60,494 nt of DNA from Comamonadaceae bacterium (GTDB lineage: Bacteria; Pseudomonadota; Gammaproteobacteria; Burkholderiales; Burkholderiaceae_C). Location: assembly GCA_041311135.1 (NCBI GenBank), contig JBFYKC010000011.1, positions 1 through 60,494 on the forward strand, in the 5' to 3' direction. Positions 10,132-20,666 of this stretch are shown here, in pieces. Position 1 is the first letter of the stretch; the number at the start of each line of letters is the position of its first letter. The translations under genes and the position numbers were made by a program. Under the pieces are notes generated by a model, which worked only from the letters and a program-made list of their open reading frames with translations, had not been told where the DNA came from and searched no databases.

Positions 10132-11088
10132 ATGAGCGCACAAGCCAAGCATCTTGAATTTGCTCCGCCCCCTCCCGAGGGAACGGCGCGTTCAGTGGGC
10201 GCGGCCTTGGTGGTGCACGCCTTGCTCATCATGGCGCTGACCGCGGGCATTCAATGGAAGCAAGACAACAGCTTGTCGGTCGAAGCCGAGTTGTGGTCAG
10301 CCGTGCCCATGGCTGCCGCCCCCAAACTGGTCGAGGCAGAGCCGCCTCCGCCCCCTCCTGCCCCAAAACCAGAACCCACACCCAAACCTGTGGTGAAAGC
10401 GCCTGAGCCGCCAGCCCCCAACCGGGATGCCGACATTGCGTTGGCGAAGAAGAAAAAAATAGAAGAAGAAAAGAAACTGCAAGAAGCCTTGAAGGCCGAA
10501 GAACGCCGCAAAGAAGAAGTGAAAAAAGAGGCAGAGAAAAAAGCCAAGGCCAAGCTGGAAGAAGACAAGCGCAAGCTAGAGGCGAAGAAAGAAGAAGAGC
10601 GCAAGGAAAAAGAACGTAAAGAAAAAGAGCGCGCCGAGAAAGAACGCAAAGACAAAGATGCAAAGAAACAGCAAGAGCAAAAAGACAGCAAGGCCGCTGC
10701 TGAAGACGCCAAGAAACTCGAAGCGCTTCGCAAAGAAAACATGAAGCGCATTGCCGGTCTGGCCGGTGCCACGGGGAGCGAAAACGCCACCGGCACGGCA
10801 CTCAAGTCCTCAGGACCGTCTGACAGCTATGGCGGTCGTATCCGCGCACGCATCAAGCCCAACATCACGTTCGACCCCAGCTCTGTCTCTGGCAACCCCG
10901 CCGCCGAAGTGGAAGTGCGTTGCGCACCGGACGGCACCATCGTCAGCAAGAAACTACTCAAGTCCAGCGGCAACGCGGCATGGGACAACGCCGTTCTGAA
11001 AGCCATCGAAAAGACAGAGGTACTGCCGCGCGACACCGACGGTCGTGTGCACTCGCCGTTGTTGCTCGTGTTCAAGCCCAACGACTAA
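10132..11088 (+). CDS. tolA: TolA
   Basis: N-terminal TM with His, Pro-rich then K/E-rich linker, TonB-C-like domain (SSGNAAWDNAV). Confidence 0.93.
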   Translation: MSAQAKHLEFAPPPPEGTARSVGAALVVHALLIMALTAGIQWKQDNSLSVEAELWSAVPMAAAPKLVEAEPPPPPPAPKPEPTPKPVVKAPEPPAPNRDADIALAKKKKIEEEKKLQEALKAEERRKEEVKKEAEKKAKAKLEEDKRKLEAKKEEERKEKERKEKERAEKERKDKDAKKQQEQKDSKAAAEDAKKLEALRKENMKRIAGLAGATGSENATGTALKSSGPSDSYGGRIRARIKPNITFDPSSVSGNPAAEVEVRCAPDGTIVSKKLLKSSGNAAWDNAVLKAIEKTEVLPRDTDGRVHSPLLLVFKPND

Positions 11089-11109
11089 AGCGCGACTGGA
11101 GAAACGTCG

Positions 11110-12150
11110 TTGTTAGAACGCTCATTCACGGTTGATGTGTTGAAAGTCGTGGCCGCACAACTCATTGTGTGGCACCACTTCTCAGCCTACGGTCCGATGG
11201 CCGACACGATGAACTTGATGTGGCCCCATCTGATTGAATGGCTCTACCGCTATGCACGGTTAGCAGTGCAGGTGTTCTTGGTAGTTGGAGGTTACTTGGC
11301 AGCCCAATCGGCCATGTCCAAACCCATTCACCATCCCTGGGCCAACATTGCCAAGCGGTACCTGCGCCTGGTGCCGTTCTACATGTTGGCCTTGGCACTG
11401 ATCAGTGTGGCGGTGGCCCTGTCGCGCGACACCATTCATGCCGATTGGCTGCCTAGTGCGCCCTCTGTTTCGCAAGTGATTGCGCATGCCTTGTTGGCAC
11501 ATGATCTGTTGGGCTACGAAGCCCTCTCCAGCGGCGCTTGGTATGTGGCCATCGATTTTCAGCTCTACGCCCTCTTGATGGCCTTGTGCCACACCCTGCA
11601 CACCGAAGCCCGCCGACATGTCTCAATGGCTGTTGCCACCTTGTGCGTGACGTCCATGTGGCTGATCAACCGCATCGATGACTTGGAAATCTATGCGCCT
11701 TATTTCTTTGGCGCCTATGGGCTCGGGGTGTTAGCCGCTTGGGCCAAGCGCTCGCGGTTTGATGCCATGGTGTTTGGCGTCACTGCACTCCTCGCGGTGG
11801 GAGCCTTGTGGCTGGAGTTTCGAACGCGTTTGACATTGGCCTTGGTCACAGCCATCTGGCTCGCCATCAAGCCCAAAGGGCTGGTGCGCTGGACGCCCAT
11901 GAAACGTGTGGTGCACCGCTTGGCCAACAGCGCGTATGTGCTTTTCTTGACGCACTTTGGGGTGATCGTGTTGTTCAGCGACATGTGGAATCGCAGCCAT
12001 TTCTATGACCCCACCTTGGCTTTTGCACTCACCACGTTTGCATGGCTGTGCAGTGTCGGGATGGGTTTATTTCTACATGAAAAAGCCGAAGTGCCGATGC
12101 ACCATTGGATTTCGCATCATTCCAAATGGGTGTTTTTGCGCATGCATTGA
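11110..12150 (+). CDS. Membrane acyltransferase-3 (OafA/YrhL-like)
   Basis: D.LK..A..LIVWHH, VQVFLVVGGYL, KRYLRL.P, WYVAIDFQLY; TTG start uncertain. Confidence 0.85.
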   Translation: MLERSFTVDVLKVVAAQLIVWHHFSAYGPMADTMNLMWPHLIEWLYRYARLAVQVFLVVGGYLAAQSAMSKPIHHPWANIAKRYLRLVPFYMLALALISVAVALSRDTIHADWLPSAPSVSQVIAHALLAHDLLGYEALSSGAWYVAIDFQLYALLMALCHTLHTEARRHVSMAVATLCVTSMWLINRIDDLEIYAPYFFGAYGLGVLAAWAKRSRFDAMVFGVTALLAVGALWLEFRTRLTLALVTAIWLAIKPKGLVRWTPMKRVVHRLANSAYVLFLTHFGVIVLFSDMWNRSHFYDPTLAFALTTFAWLCSVGMGLFLHEKAEVPMHHWISHHSKWVFLRMH

Positions 12151-13322
12151 CGGGCGCACCCGCAGGCCAGCAACGCCGTGACGATGGACACGGCATACAC
12201 CGAACTCAGCCCATAGGCATCGCTCAACGCGCCACCAGCCAGCGCCCCCAAAACCCCAGGGACACCATAGCCAATCGAGGCATACAAGGCCTGCCCTCGC
12301 CCGCGCAAACGTCCCGGGAAATGGTGTGATAACAACGCAATGCACGCTGTGTGCTGCGTGGCAAATGTGAGCGCATGCAAGACCTGAGCAAACAACAAGG
12401 CCCACAACCACTCGGCAACCCAGGTAGTTAGCGCCATGCGCAACACCATGGCCGCCGAACAAATGAACATCCATTGAGACAAGCTGAACTTGGGCAACCA
12501 GCGACTCTGCGTGAAGAACCACACAATTTCTGCCCCCACCGACACCGCCCACAGCACACCAATCATGGTTTTGCTGTAGCCCAGCTCATCCAAATACAAG
12601 GAGAAAAAAACGTAAATGCCAATGTGCGACAGGACATGAAAAAACACCGTGGCAAAAAACCATTGCACCTGACGTTGGCGCAACACGGCCATCACGGGTG
12701 GCCTGACTTCCTCGTGGTGTGCCACCTCTTTGCGATTGGGCAGCCACCACACACTCAGGTTCAGCAACACCAATGAACCGATGGACCACGCAGGAAAGCT
12801 GAGCATGCCGTGCCCCTCGAACCACGCACCTGCCACAAACACCGTCACCAAAAACCCCAGCGACCCCCACAAACGCACGCGCCCGTAACGCCGTGAATCA
12901 AAACCTTGGTCGGTGCTGACCAAATGTGCCAACGCCGCTTCGCTCATGGGCATCATGGCACTGGTGTGGATGAACATCAGCAGCAACACCACCGCAATCC
13001 AGCCCACACCACCAGGCACCAACAACCCCGCAGAACACACCAGTGCCGCACCAGCACAAAAGCGCAGCAGCTTCACCCGTTCACCGGTGTGATCGCTCAG
13101 CCATCCCCAGCCATAGGGAGCAATCACGCGCGTGGCGGCTTGCACCGCGGTGAGCAAGCCAATGAGAGTGATGGAAAAACCCAAGTCCTTGAGCCACAAC
13201 GGCAGATACGGGTTAAAAAACCCAATGTGCGCAAAGTAGCTGGCGGACAACGCCGCAAACGGGAACAGCTGAAAACGAGAAAGCGCGCCACGTGAACGCG
13301 CTTCTTGGAAGGGAGCAGTCAA
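12117..13322 (-). CDS. MFS transporter (HcaT/MFS_1-like)
   Basis: About 12 TM helices; PYLPLWL and YGRVRLWGSLGF motifs. Confidence 0.88.
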   Translation of the reverse strand: MTAPFQEARSRGALSRFQLFPFAALSASYFAHIGFFNPYLPLWLKDLGFSITLIGLLTAVQAATRVIAPYGWGWLSDHTGERVKLLRFCAGAALVCSAGLLVPGGVGWIAVVLLLMFIHTSAMMPMSEAALAHLVSTDQGFDSRRYGRVRLWGSLGFLVTVFVAGAWFEGHGMLSFPAWSIGSLVLLNLSVWWLPNRKEVAHHEEVRPPVMAVLRQRQVQWFFATVFFHVLSHIGIYVFFSLYLDELGYSKTMIGVLWAVSVGAEIVWFFTQSRWLPKFSLSQWMFICSAAMVLRMALTTWVAEWLWALLFAQVLHALTFATQHTACIALLSHHFPGRLRGRGQALYASIGYGVPGVLGALAGGALSDAYGLSSVYAVSIVTALLACGCARQCMRKNTHLE

Positions 13323-13346
13323 GTCAGACCTGTGGGCTGAATGTGA

Positions 13347-14447
13347 TCAAGCGCCAATGTGGCCTGGAATGGCAGGCATGGCGACCTGTACATCGCCACA
13401 TTGGGCGCGATGACGCAAGGCATGGTCCATCACCACCAACGCCAACAAAGCCTCGGCAATCGGCGTGGCACGAATGCCCACGCAGGGGTCGTGGCGGCCC
13501 TTGGTCACCACCTCGGTGGTTTGGCTGTTTTGGTCAATCGACTCGCGGGGACTCAAGATCGAGCTGGTGGGTTTGATGGCAATGCTCACCTCGAGGTCTT
13601 GCCCGGTGCTGATGCCACCCAACACACCGCCTGCGTTGTTGGTGCGAAATCCCTCGGGGCTCAGTGAGTCACCGTGTGTGGTGCCACGCTGCGCCACGCT
13701 GGCAAAGCCTGCACCAATCTCCACACCTTTGACGGCGTTGAGTCCCATCATGGCGTAGGCAATGTCGGCATCGATGCGGTCGTAAATGGGCTGCCCCAAA
13801 CCCACAGGCATGCCCGTGGCCACGACGCGGATGCGCGCGCCGCACGAGTCACCCGCTTTGCGCAGGCTGTCCATGTAGTCTTCAAAGGCTTGCACATCGG
13901 CGCAGGGCGCGTAAAACGGGTTGTGACCCACGTGTTCCCAACTCTCAAAGGGAATGGGCAATTCGCCAATTTGGGTCATGCAGCCGAAAAAGGTGGTGCC
14001 GTATTTTTCTTTCAACCACTTCTTGGCCACGGCGCCCGCAGCCACTGTGGGCGCTGTCAAACGGGCAGAAGAACGTCCACCCCCGCGTGGATCGCGAATG
14101 CCGAACTTTTGAAAGTAGGTGTAGTCCGCATGGCCAGGGCGAAAGGTTTGCAAAATATTGCCGTAGTCCTTGCTGCGCTGGTCGGTGTTTTGAATCAACA
14201 GCGCAATCGGCGTGCCGGTGGTTTTGCCTTCATAAACTCCCGACAAGATTTGCACTTGGTCGGGCTCGTTGCGTTGGGTCACATGGCGGCTGGTGCCGGG
14301 ACGGCGGCGGTCCAAGTCGTGCTGAATGTCGGCCTCGCAGAGCGACATGCCCGGTGGGCAGCCGTCAATCACGCAGCCAATGGCTGGGCCGTGGGACTCA
14401 CCAAAGTTGGTGACAGTGAAAAGGGTTCCAAAAGTATTGCCGCTCAT
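13347..14447 (-). CDS. aroC: Chorismate synthase
   Basis: MSGNTFG, GESHG, RPGHAD, RSSAR, RHDPC. Confidence 0.98.
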   Translation of the reverse strand: MSGNTFGTLFTVTNFGESHGPAIGCVIDGCPPGMSLCEADIQHDLDRRRPGTSRHVTQRNEPDQVQILSGVYEGKTTGTPIALLIQNTDQRSKDYGNILQTFRPGHADYTYFQKFGIRDPRGGGRSSARLTAPTVAAGAVAKKWLKEKYGTTFFGCMTQIGELPIPFESWEHVGHNPFYAPCADVQAFEDYMDSLRKAGDSCGARIRVVATGMPVGLGQPIYDRIDADIAYAMMGLNAVKGVEIGAGFASVAQRGTTHGDSLSPEGFRTNNAGGVLGGISTGQDLEVSIAIKPTSSILSPRESIDQNSQTTEVVTKGRHDPCVGIRATPIAEALLALVVMDHALRHRAQCGDVQVAMPAIPGHIGA

Positions 14448-14484
14448 GGTATGAGATTATCCCATCCCCAAGCGACAAGGCTCA

Positions 14485-14952
14485 TTACTTCTCGTCGGGA
14501 TCGGGCGTGCCGCTGGGCCAGTCTTTGATGTAGGCCTTGAGCATTTTGTTTTCGAAGTTTTGACTGTCCACCACCGACTTGGCCACATCGTAAAAGCTGA
14601 TCACGCCTTGCAGTTGGCGGTTGCCAATGACGGGCATGTAGCGGGCATGGCTGTCGAGCATCATGCGACGCACATCGTCAATGTCGGTTTCGGGGGAGCA
14701 GGTCAGCGGATGGTCGTCCATGGCGCTGCGCACGGTGAAGTCGCCCAACGTGCCGCCATTGCGGCTCAGGGCTTGAATCACCTCGCGGAAGGTCAACATG
14801 CCCACCAAGTCGCCGTGCTCCATGACCAACAGGGAACCCATGTCTTTCTCGGCCATGATTTTCACCGCAGTCGACAAAGGATCCATCGGATCGATGGTGA
14901 ACAAGGTGCCGCCGCTTTGACCTTTGACGCGCAGGATGTCGCTGACTTTCAT
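14485..14952 (-). CDS. CBS-domain pair protein
   Basis: MKVSDILRVKG, tandem CBS repeats; ATG at 14952 preceded by GGAGGAG. Confidence 0.88.
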   Translation of the reverse strand: MKVSDILRVKGQSGGTLFTIDPMDPLSTAVKIMAEKDMGSLLVMEHGDLVGMLTFREVIQALSRNGGTLGDFTVRSAMDDHPLTCSPETDIDDVRRMMLDSHARYMPVIGNRQLQGVISFYDVAKSVVDSQNFENKMLKAYIKDWPSGTPDPDEK

Positions 14953-15029
14953 GGTGTTTCTCCTCCGTTGGGGATTTAAATATAGCCCACAATGTCTATC
15001 AAGAATCTGACACGACACCCGAGGAAACC

Positions 15030-16340
15030 ATGCCTGGCTACAACGATCCCAGTTTTGACACACTCGCCCTGCATGCAGGCGCGACGCCCGACCCCGCCAC
15101 AGGCGCGCGGGCGGTTCCCATCCACCTGACCACCTCGTTTGTGTTCGAGTCCAGCGACCATGCCGCCGCCCTCTTCAACCTCGAGCGCGCTGGCCACGTC
15201 TACAGCCGCATCAGCAACCCCACCAATGCAGTGCTTGAGCAACGCGTGGCCGCCTTAGAAGGCGGCATTGGCGCCATCACCACGGCCAGCGGTCAAGCGG
15301 CGCTGCACTTGTCCATCGCCACTTTGATGGGGGCCGGCTCGCACATCGTGGCCAGCACCGCCTTGTACGGGGGCTCGCACAACCTGCTGCACTACACCCT
15401 CAGTCGCTTTGGCATTGAGACCACCTTTGTTCAACCCAACGACATCGACGCGTGGCGTGCCGCCGTGCGCCCCAACACCAAATTATTTTTTGGTGAAACC
15501 GTAGGCAACCCCGGTCTGGATGTGCTGGACATTCCCACCCTCTCTGCCATCGCGCACGAGGCGGGTGTACCGTTGTTGGTGGACAGCACCCTGACCACGC
15601 CTTATTTGGTGAAACCCTTTGAGCTGGGCGCCGATTTGATCTACCACTCGGCCACCAAATTTCTGAGCGGCCACGGCACGGTGATTGGCGGCATCGTGGT
15701 GGATGGCGGCAGCTTTGATTGGGAAAAAAGCGGCAAATTCCCAGAACTGACCCAACGCTACGAAGGATTTCACAACATGGTGTTCAGTGAGGAAAGCACC
15801 GTGGGGGCTTTCTTGCTACGGGCGCGCCGCGAAGGACTGCGTGACTTTGGCGCCTGCATGAGCCCGCACAGCGCGTGGCTGATTTTGCAAGGCATCGAAA
15901 CCTTGCCGCTGCGCATGGAGCGCCACATGAGCAACACCGAAAAAGTGGTGTCTTTCTTGGCCTCGCACCCGATGGTGAGTCGCGTCGGTCACCCCCTGAT
16001 CGACAGCCACCCCAGTCATGCCTTGGCTGAAAAGCTGCTGCGCTTTGGCGCGCGCGGCGCGGGCTCGGTGTTCAGCTTTGACATTCAGGGTTCGCGTGCG
16101 CAAGGACGTGCTTTCATTGAAGCCTTGCAAATTTTCAGCCACTTGGCCAATGTGGGGGACTGCCGCAGCTTGGTGATTCACCCAGCCAGCACCACCCACT
16201 TCCGCATGAGCGACGAGGCGCTCAGCAGCGCCGGCATTGGCCCCGGCACGATTCGTTTGTCGATCGGTCTGGAAGACCCCGCTGATTTGATTGACGATTT
16301 GAAGCGCGCACTGAAAGCCGCAGAAAAGGCAGGTGCATGA
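15030..16340 (+). CDS. metY: O-acetylhomoserine sulfhydrylase (MetY/Met17 family)
   Basis: YSRISNPT, HSATKFLSGHG (PLP lysine), HLANVGD, IHPASTTH. Confidence 0.9.
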   Translation: MPGYNDPSFDTLALHAGATPDPATGARAVPIHLTTSFVFESSDHAAALFNLERAGHVYSRISNPTNAVLEQRVAALEGGIGAITTASGQAALHLSIATLMGAGSHIVASTALYGGSHNLLHYTLSRFGIETTFVQPNDIDAWRAAVRPNTKLFFGETVGNPGLDVLDIPTLSAIAHEAGVPLLVDSTLTTPYLVKPFELGADLIYHSATKFLSGHGTVIGGIVVDGGSFDWEKSGKFPELTQRYEGFHNMVFSEESTVGAFLLRARREGLRDFGACMSPHSAWLILQGIETLPLRMERHMSNTEKVVSFLASHPMVSRVGHPLIDSHPSHALAEKLLRFGARGAGSVFSFDIQGSRAQGRAFIEALQIFSHLANVGDCRSLVIHPASTTHFRMSDEALSSAGIGPGTIRLSIGLEDPADLIDDLKRALKAAEKAGA

Positions 16341-17179
16341 TGCACATCACCGTCACACCCGCGCACGGCGCACCCTACTCAGCCTACGCCTACACCGGTG
16401 GCAAGCCCTTGGATGCCAGCAAGCCCACCTTGGTGTTCATACACGGCGTGCTGAACGATCACAGCGTTTGGATTTTGCAAACCCGCTACTTGGCCCATCA
16501 CGGCTTCAACGTGCTCGCGGTGGACTTACCCGGCCACGGTCGCAGCGGCGGTGAAGCACCCAGCAGCGTAGAAGAAGCCGCACAGTGCATCGAAGATTTG
16601 CTCGACGCCGCAGGTGTGCAACAAGCCGCTTTGATTGGCCACAGCTGGGGCTCGTTGATTGCACTCGAAGCTGCCGCTCGCCTGAAAAACCGCATCACCC
16701 ACTTGGCCCTCGTGGGTACGGCCTTCCCCATGAAGGTGTCTCCGGCGCTGATTGAAGCCTCGTTGAATGAACCGATGAAGGCTCTCCAAATGGTGAACGT
16801 GTTTTCACGTGCCACCCTGGCTGCGCCGCCATCCGCCATGGGGCCAGGTACCTGGGTCTATGGTGCGTCAATGGCACTGGGCCGTCGCGTGTTGGCCAGC
16901 AACACGCAAGTGAATATTTTCCACCGAGGTTTTGTCGCCTGCGACAGTTATGCACGCGGCTTAGAGGCCATCAACGAAGTGACGTGCCCGGTGTTATTTG
17001 TGCTGGGCGACCGCGACCAAATGACGCCCGCACGTGCCGCCAAAAGTTTGATTGACCAGGCCAAGGCCAGCGGTCACCACGTCACCGTGGTGCGCGTGCC
17101 GATGGGGCACCACCAAATGAACGAGTCGCCAGAGGAAACGCTAGCCGCCTTGAAACAATTCTTGGGGGGCAGCGCTTAA
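16337..17179 (+). CDS. Alpha/beta fold hydrolase
   Basis: FIHG, DLPGHG, GHSWG nucleophile elbow, GHH; ATGA overlap with metY. Confidence 0.9.
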   Translation: MMHITVTPAHGAPYSAYAYTGGKPLDASKPTLVFIHGVLNDHSVWILQTRYLAHHGFNVLAVDLPGHGRSGGEAPSSVEEAAQCIEDLLDAAGVQQAALIGHSWGSLIALEAAARLKNRITHLALVGTAFPMKVSPALIEASLNEPMKALQMVNVFSRATLAAPPSAMGPGTWVYGASMALGRRVLASNTQVNIFHRGFVACDSYARGLEAINEVTCPVLFVLGDRDQMTPARAAKSLIDQAKASGHHVTVVRVPMGHHQMNESPEETLAALKQFLGGSA

Positions 17180-18396
17180 AGCACATCGCGCAAGCGCAGG
17201 TCTTGCCACTTCATCCACAGCCCTTCGGCCTCGGGGCTGCGCACCAACAACAAGCGCTCCATCAGGGGCGCCAAAAGCGTGCGGTGGGGATCGGCCAACA
17301 TCACGTAGCGCGCTTCTCGCACGTGGCTTTGGCGGGCATCCACCGACTCGCTCAGACGTGCGATCCAATCCAAATCGACCAAGGCCGCCAAGACGTCTTC
17401 AATTTGCAAGGGGTCCAAGGCCAAGTCCTCGCACAGCGTGGTCATGCTGGCACCATGTTCGTCGGTGGTGCGCGCCAGTTGCAAGCGTTGCAACACTTCA
17501 ATGGCCAACTGAAAGCGCCAGCCCACACTCCGACCATCGCGTGAAATGCCGCCGAGCAAGCTGGGCAAGTTGGCCACCAACACCGCGCCAATCAACACAA
17601 TCGACCACGCCAAATAAATCCAGATCAACAAAATGGGCAACGTGGCAAAGGCACCATAGACCACCGAGTAGGTGGGCATTTGGCCAAAGTAATAGGCCAA
17701 CACCTTGCGCGCTACTTCGGTGGCTGCGGCCACCCACACGCCCCCGACCAAGGCATGGGACCAGCGCACATGGGTGTAGGGCACGTAGCGGTACAGCGCA
17801 CTCACAGCCCATGCCAACAGCAAAAATTCCACCGTGCTCAGGACCCAGCGCAAACTGCCCGCCCCCTCGGGCACCACACCGCGTGACACCGCGACAAACT
17901 GCGACATCATCACCAAACTTGCGCCCATCAACAGCGGCCCCAAGGTAATGGCAGACCAATACAAGAACATGCTGTGCGCCAAAGGGCGACGCTTGCGCAC
18001 ACGCCAAATCGCATTCAAGGTGCGGTCGATGGTGAACACCAACGCCAGCGCCGACAACAGCAACGCCGTCACCCCCACCACGCCCAAGCGGCTGGCTTTG
18101 CTGGCGAATTGCGTCAGGTAGCCCAGCACTTGCCGCGAGATGTTGTCGGGCACCAAGCTTTCCACCAAGCGTTTTTGCAGGATCACTTGAAAGTCACCGA
18201 ACATCGGAAAAGCCGTCAACACGGCCAAGGCCACCGTCACCATCGGCACCAAAGCAATGGTGGTGGTAAAGGTCAAACTACCTGCGGTTTGGCCGAGTCG
18301 GTCTTCCCGAAAACGTTGGCGCAAGGTGCGCGCCGTGTTGCGCCAGGGGAATCGGGCCAGTCGTTCAAAAAAATCTTGGAGATGCGGGACAATCAT
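17176..18396 (-). CDS. YihY/BrkB family inner membrane protein with C-terminal winged-helix-like extension
   Basis: AGSLTFTT, LNAIW, YSVVYGAFATLPILLIWIYLAW; start uncertain (18396 or 18429). Confidence 0.88.
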   Translation of the reverse strand: MIVPHLQDFFERLARFPWRNTARTLRQRFREDRLGQTAGSLTFTTTIALVPMVTVALAVLTAFPMFGDFQVILQKRLVESLVPDNISRQVLGYLTQFASKASRLGVVGVTALLLSALALVFTIDRTLNAIWRVRKRRPLAHSMFLYWSAITLGPLLMGASLVMMSQFVAVSRGVVPEGAGSLRWVLSTVEFLLLAWAVSALYRYVPYTHVRWSHALVGGVWVAAATEVARKVLAYYFGQMPTYSVVYGAFATLPILLIWIYLAWSIVLIGAVLVANLPSLLGGISRDGRSVGWRFQLAIEVLQRLQLARTTDEHGASMTTLCEDLALDPLQIEDVLAALVDLDWIARLSESVDARQSHVREARYVMLADPHRTLLAPLMERLLLVRSPEAEGLWMKWQDLRLRDVL

Positions 18397-18418
18397 GGAC
18401 TGAATCATCCCACTTTCT

Positions 18419-18835
18419 ATGCACGACACCCACCTGCCCCCCCAAGAAAATTCACCTCGTCACGTGACGCTCACCCGCTGGCTGGCAGTGAGCAGCCTGA
18501 TGGGACTGATCGTGCTCGGCTTGGCGTGGGAGCTGTGGCTGGCACCCTTGCGCCCAGGGGGTACATTGCTGGCACTCAAAGTGCTGCCGCTGTGCTTCCC
18601 ACTCACAGGGTTGCTGAAAAACCGCATGTACACCTACCGCTGGTTGAGCTTGTTGATTTGGCTCTATTTCACCGAGGGCGTGGTGCGCGCCTGGGGCGAC
18701 GCCGCACCTAGCAACTACTTTGCAATGCTTGAAATATTCTTATGCGTGACCTTGTTCATCGCCTGCGCCTTGCATGTGCGCTTGCGCTTGAAACATGCCA
18801 AAGAAACAGCCCTCACCGAACACCCCAGCTCTTAA
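18419..18835 (+). CDS. DUF2069 family membrane protein
   Basis: WELWLAPLRPGG, LKVLPL, YTYRW.SLLIWLYFTEG. Confidence 0.85.
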   Translation: MHDTHLPPQENSPRHVTLTRWLAVSSLMGLIVLGLAWELWLAPLRPGGTLLALKVLPLCFPLTGLLKNRMYTYRWLSLLIWLYFTEGVVRAWGDAAPSNYFAMLEIFLCVTLFIACALHVRLRLKHAKETALTEHPSS

Positions 18836-18847
18836 GGAAGGCGCTGC

Positions 18848-20281
18848 ATGTCTTCAATCGACTCCCACGCGTTATTGCCCCACCTGCGCCACATCGTGGG
18901 CGAAGCCCATGTGTTGACGGACGGTGACCTGTCGGCCTACGAACAAGATTGGCGCAAACGCACACGCGGCAAAGCCTTGGCAGTGGTACGACCTGGCAAC
19001 ACCCAAGAAGTAGCGGCGGTAGTGAAAGGCTGCGCCCAAGCGGGGGTCAGCATCGTGCCCCAAGGGGGAAACACGGGATTGGTGGTGGGCTCGATCCCCA
19101 ACCAAACGGGCGATCAAGTGGTGCTCAGCCTGTTGCGCATGAACACGGTGCGCGCCATCGACGCGGACAACTTGACCCTCACGGTGGAGGCAGGTTGCAT
19201 TTTGCAAAACGTGCAACACGCGGCCGAAGAAGCTGGCTTTTTATTTCCCTTGAGCTTGGGCGCAGAAGGCAGCTGCACCCTGGGTGGCAACTTGGCCACC
19301 AACGCAGGCGGCACACAGGTGCTGCGTTACGGCAATGCACGTGAGTTGTGCCTAGGCCTGGAAGTCGTCACCGCGCAAGGCGAGATCTTGCAGGGGTTGA
19401 GCGGCTTACGCAAAGACAACACGGGTTACGACTTGCGCAACTTGATGATTGGCAGCGAGGGCACGTTGGGCATCATCACGGCCGCCACGATGAAGCTGTA
19501 TCCCCTGCCTGCGGCCAGCCTGACCGCTTGGGCAGCCGTTCCGTCTGTCACCCAAGCCGTTAAGTTGCTGGGGCTGGCACACCAACACTTAGGCGCGGGC
19601 CTGACCGGGTTTGAAATGATGGGGCAGTTCGCTCTGAGCTTGGTCGACAAGCACTATCCGCACTTGCGCGTGCCCCTGTGGCAAGACACGCCTTACTGCG
19701 TGTTGCTCGAAAACGCGGACAGCGAATCTGAAGGGCATGCCCGCGAGCGCTTCGAGCATTTGCTGGAACTGGCCCTGGAAGACGGCTGCGTGACCGACGC
19801 CGTGGTGGCCGAAAACTTAACCCAAGCACGCAACCTGTGGCACATCCGCGAAAGCATCACCTTGGCGCAAGCGGAGGAAGGTTTGAACATCAAGCACGAT
19901 ATTTCGGTACCGATTTCAGCCATCCCCAACTTCGTAGAAGTCACCGATGCGCTGCTGGCACGCGAAATACCTGGGGTACGCTTAGTCAACTTTGGCCATT
20001 TAGGCGATGGCAATTTGCACTACAACGTGCAAGCACCTGAGCATGGTGACCCCAAAGTTTTTCTACGCGAGCACGAAGCCGAAGTGAACGCACTGGTCTA
20101 CCAGTCGGTCAAACACTTTGGGGGCTCCATCTCGGCGGAGCATGGGGTGGGCAGCATGAAGGTCGATGAGTTGCCGCACTACAAAGACCCGGTGGCTTTG
20201 GCGTTGATGCAGCACATCAAACGGGCGCTAGACCCACAAGGCACGTTGAACCCAGGGCGGGTGGTTCACACCTCAGCTTGA
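18848..20281 (+). CDS. FAD-linked oxidoreductase (D-2-hydroxyacid/D-2-hydroxyglutarate dehydrogenase-like)
   Basis: PQGGNTGLVVG, LRKDNTGYDL, GHLGDGNLHYN, SAEHGVG, LNPG. Confidence 0.9.
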   Translation: MSSIDSHALLPHLRHIVGEAHVLTDGDLSAYEQDWRKRTRGKALAVVRPGNTQEVAAVVKGCAQAGVSIVPQGGNTGLVVGSIPNQTGDQVVLSLLRMNTVRAIDADNLTLTVEAGCILQNVQHAAEEAGFLFPLSLGAEGSCTLGGNLATNAGGTQVLRYGNARELCLGLEVVTAQGEILQGLSGLRKDNTGYDLRNLMIGSEGTLGIITAATMKLYPLPAASLTAWAAVPSVTQAVKLLGLAHQHLGAGLTGFEMMGQFALSLVDKHYPHLRVPLWQDTPYCVLLENADSESEGHARERFEHLLELALEDGCVTDAVVAENLTQARNLWHIRESITLAQAEEGLNIKHDISVPISAIPNFVEVTDALLAREIPGVRLVNFGHLGDGNLHYNVQAPEHGDPKVFLREHEAEVNALVYQSVKHFGGSISAEHGVGSMKVDELPHYKDPVALALMQHIKRALDPQGTLNPGRVVHTSA

Positions 20282-20662
20282 CTCTTTGCTCGCCTCGGTA
20301 CTACTCATCATGCCGTACAGCTTGGCACCGTGCTCAATGGCCATGGTGGCATAAGAAATATTGCCTTTAACCTCTGCACCTGAGTGAAGCTCGACACGGC
20401 CCGTGGACGCGATATTGCCGGTCACCACACCATCGACGACGGCCTTTTGCGCACTGATATCGCCTTCGACATGGGCGCGCGACAAAACCGACAGTTGGGC
20501 ATTGGGGCTTCCATTGACATCGATGTTGCCCACCACATGACCTTTGAGTTGCACCATGTCTTGAGACACGATGTTGCCCATCACCACGGCGGACTCGCCA
20601 ATCACGGTTTGATCCACTTGCGGTGCTTGTGGGTCTTGCCCAAATTTCATTTTCTTAAACAT
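20273..20662 (-). CDS. Bactofilin (polymer-forming cytoskeletal protein)
   Basis: TVIG..AVVMGNI, V.GNI/GDI beta-helix repeats, V.GNISY..MAIEHGA; N-terminal MFKK. Confidence 0.9.
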   Translation of the reverse strand: MFKKMKFGQDPQAPQVDQTVIGESAVVMGNIVSQDMVQLKGHVVGNIDVNGSPNAQLSVLSRAHVEGDISAQKAVVDGVVTGNIASTGRVELHSGAEVKGNISYATMAIEHGAKLYGMMSSTEASKESS

Positions 20663-20666
20663 GGCT

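Noticed and set aside
10440-10745. Purine-rich repetitive tract
   Set aside because: It is the normal K/E-rich helical linker of TolA, not a DNA repeat array
18396-18419. Absence of wrbA between yihY and DUF2069
   Set aside because: No remnant is visible and I cannot establish that relatives carry it here
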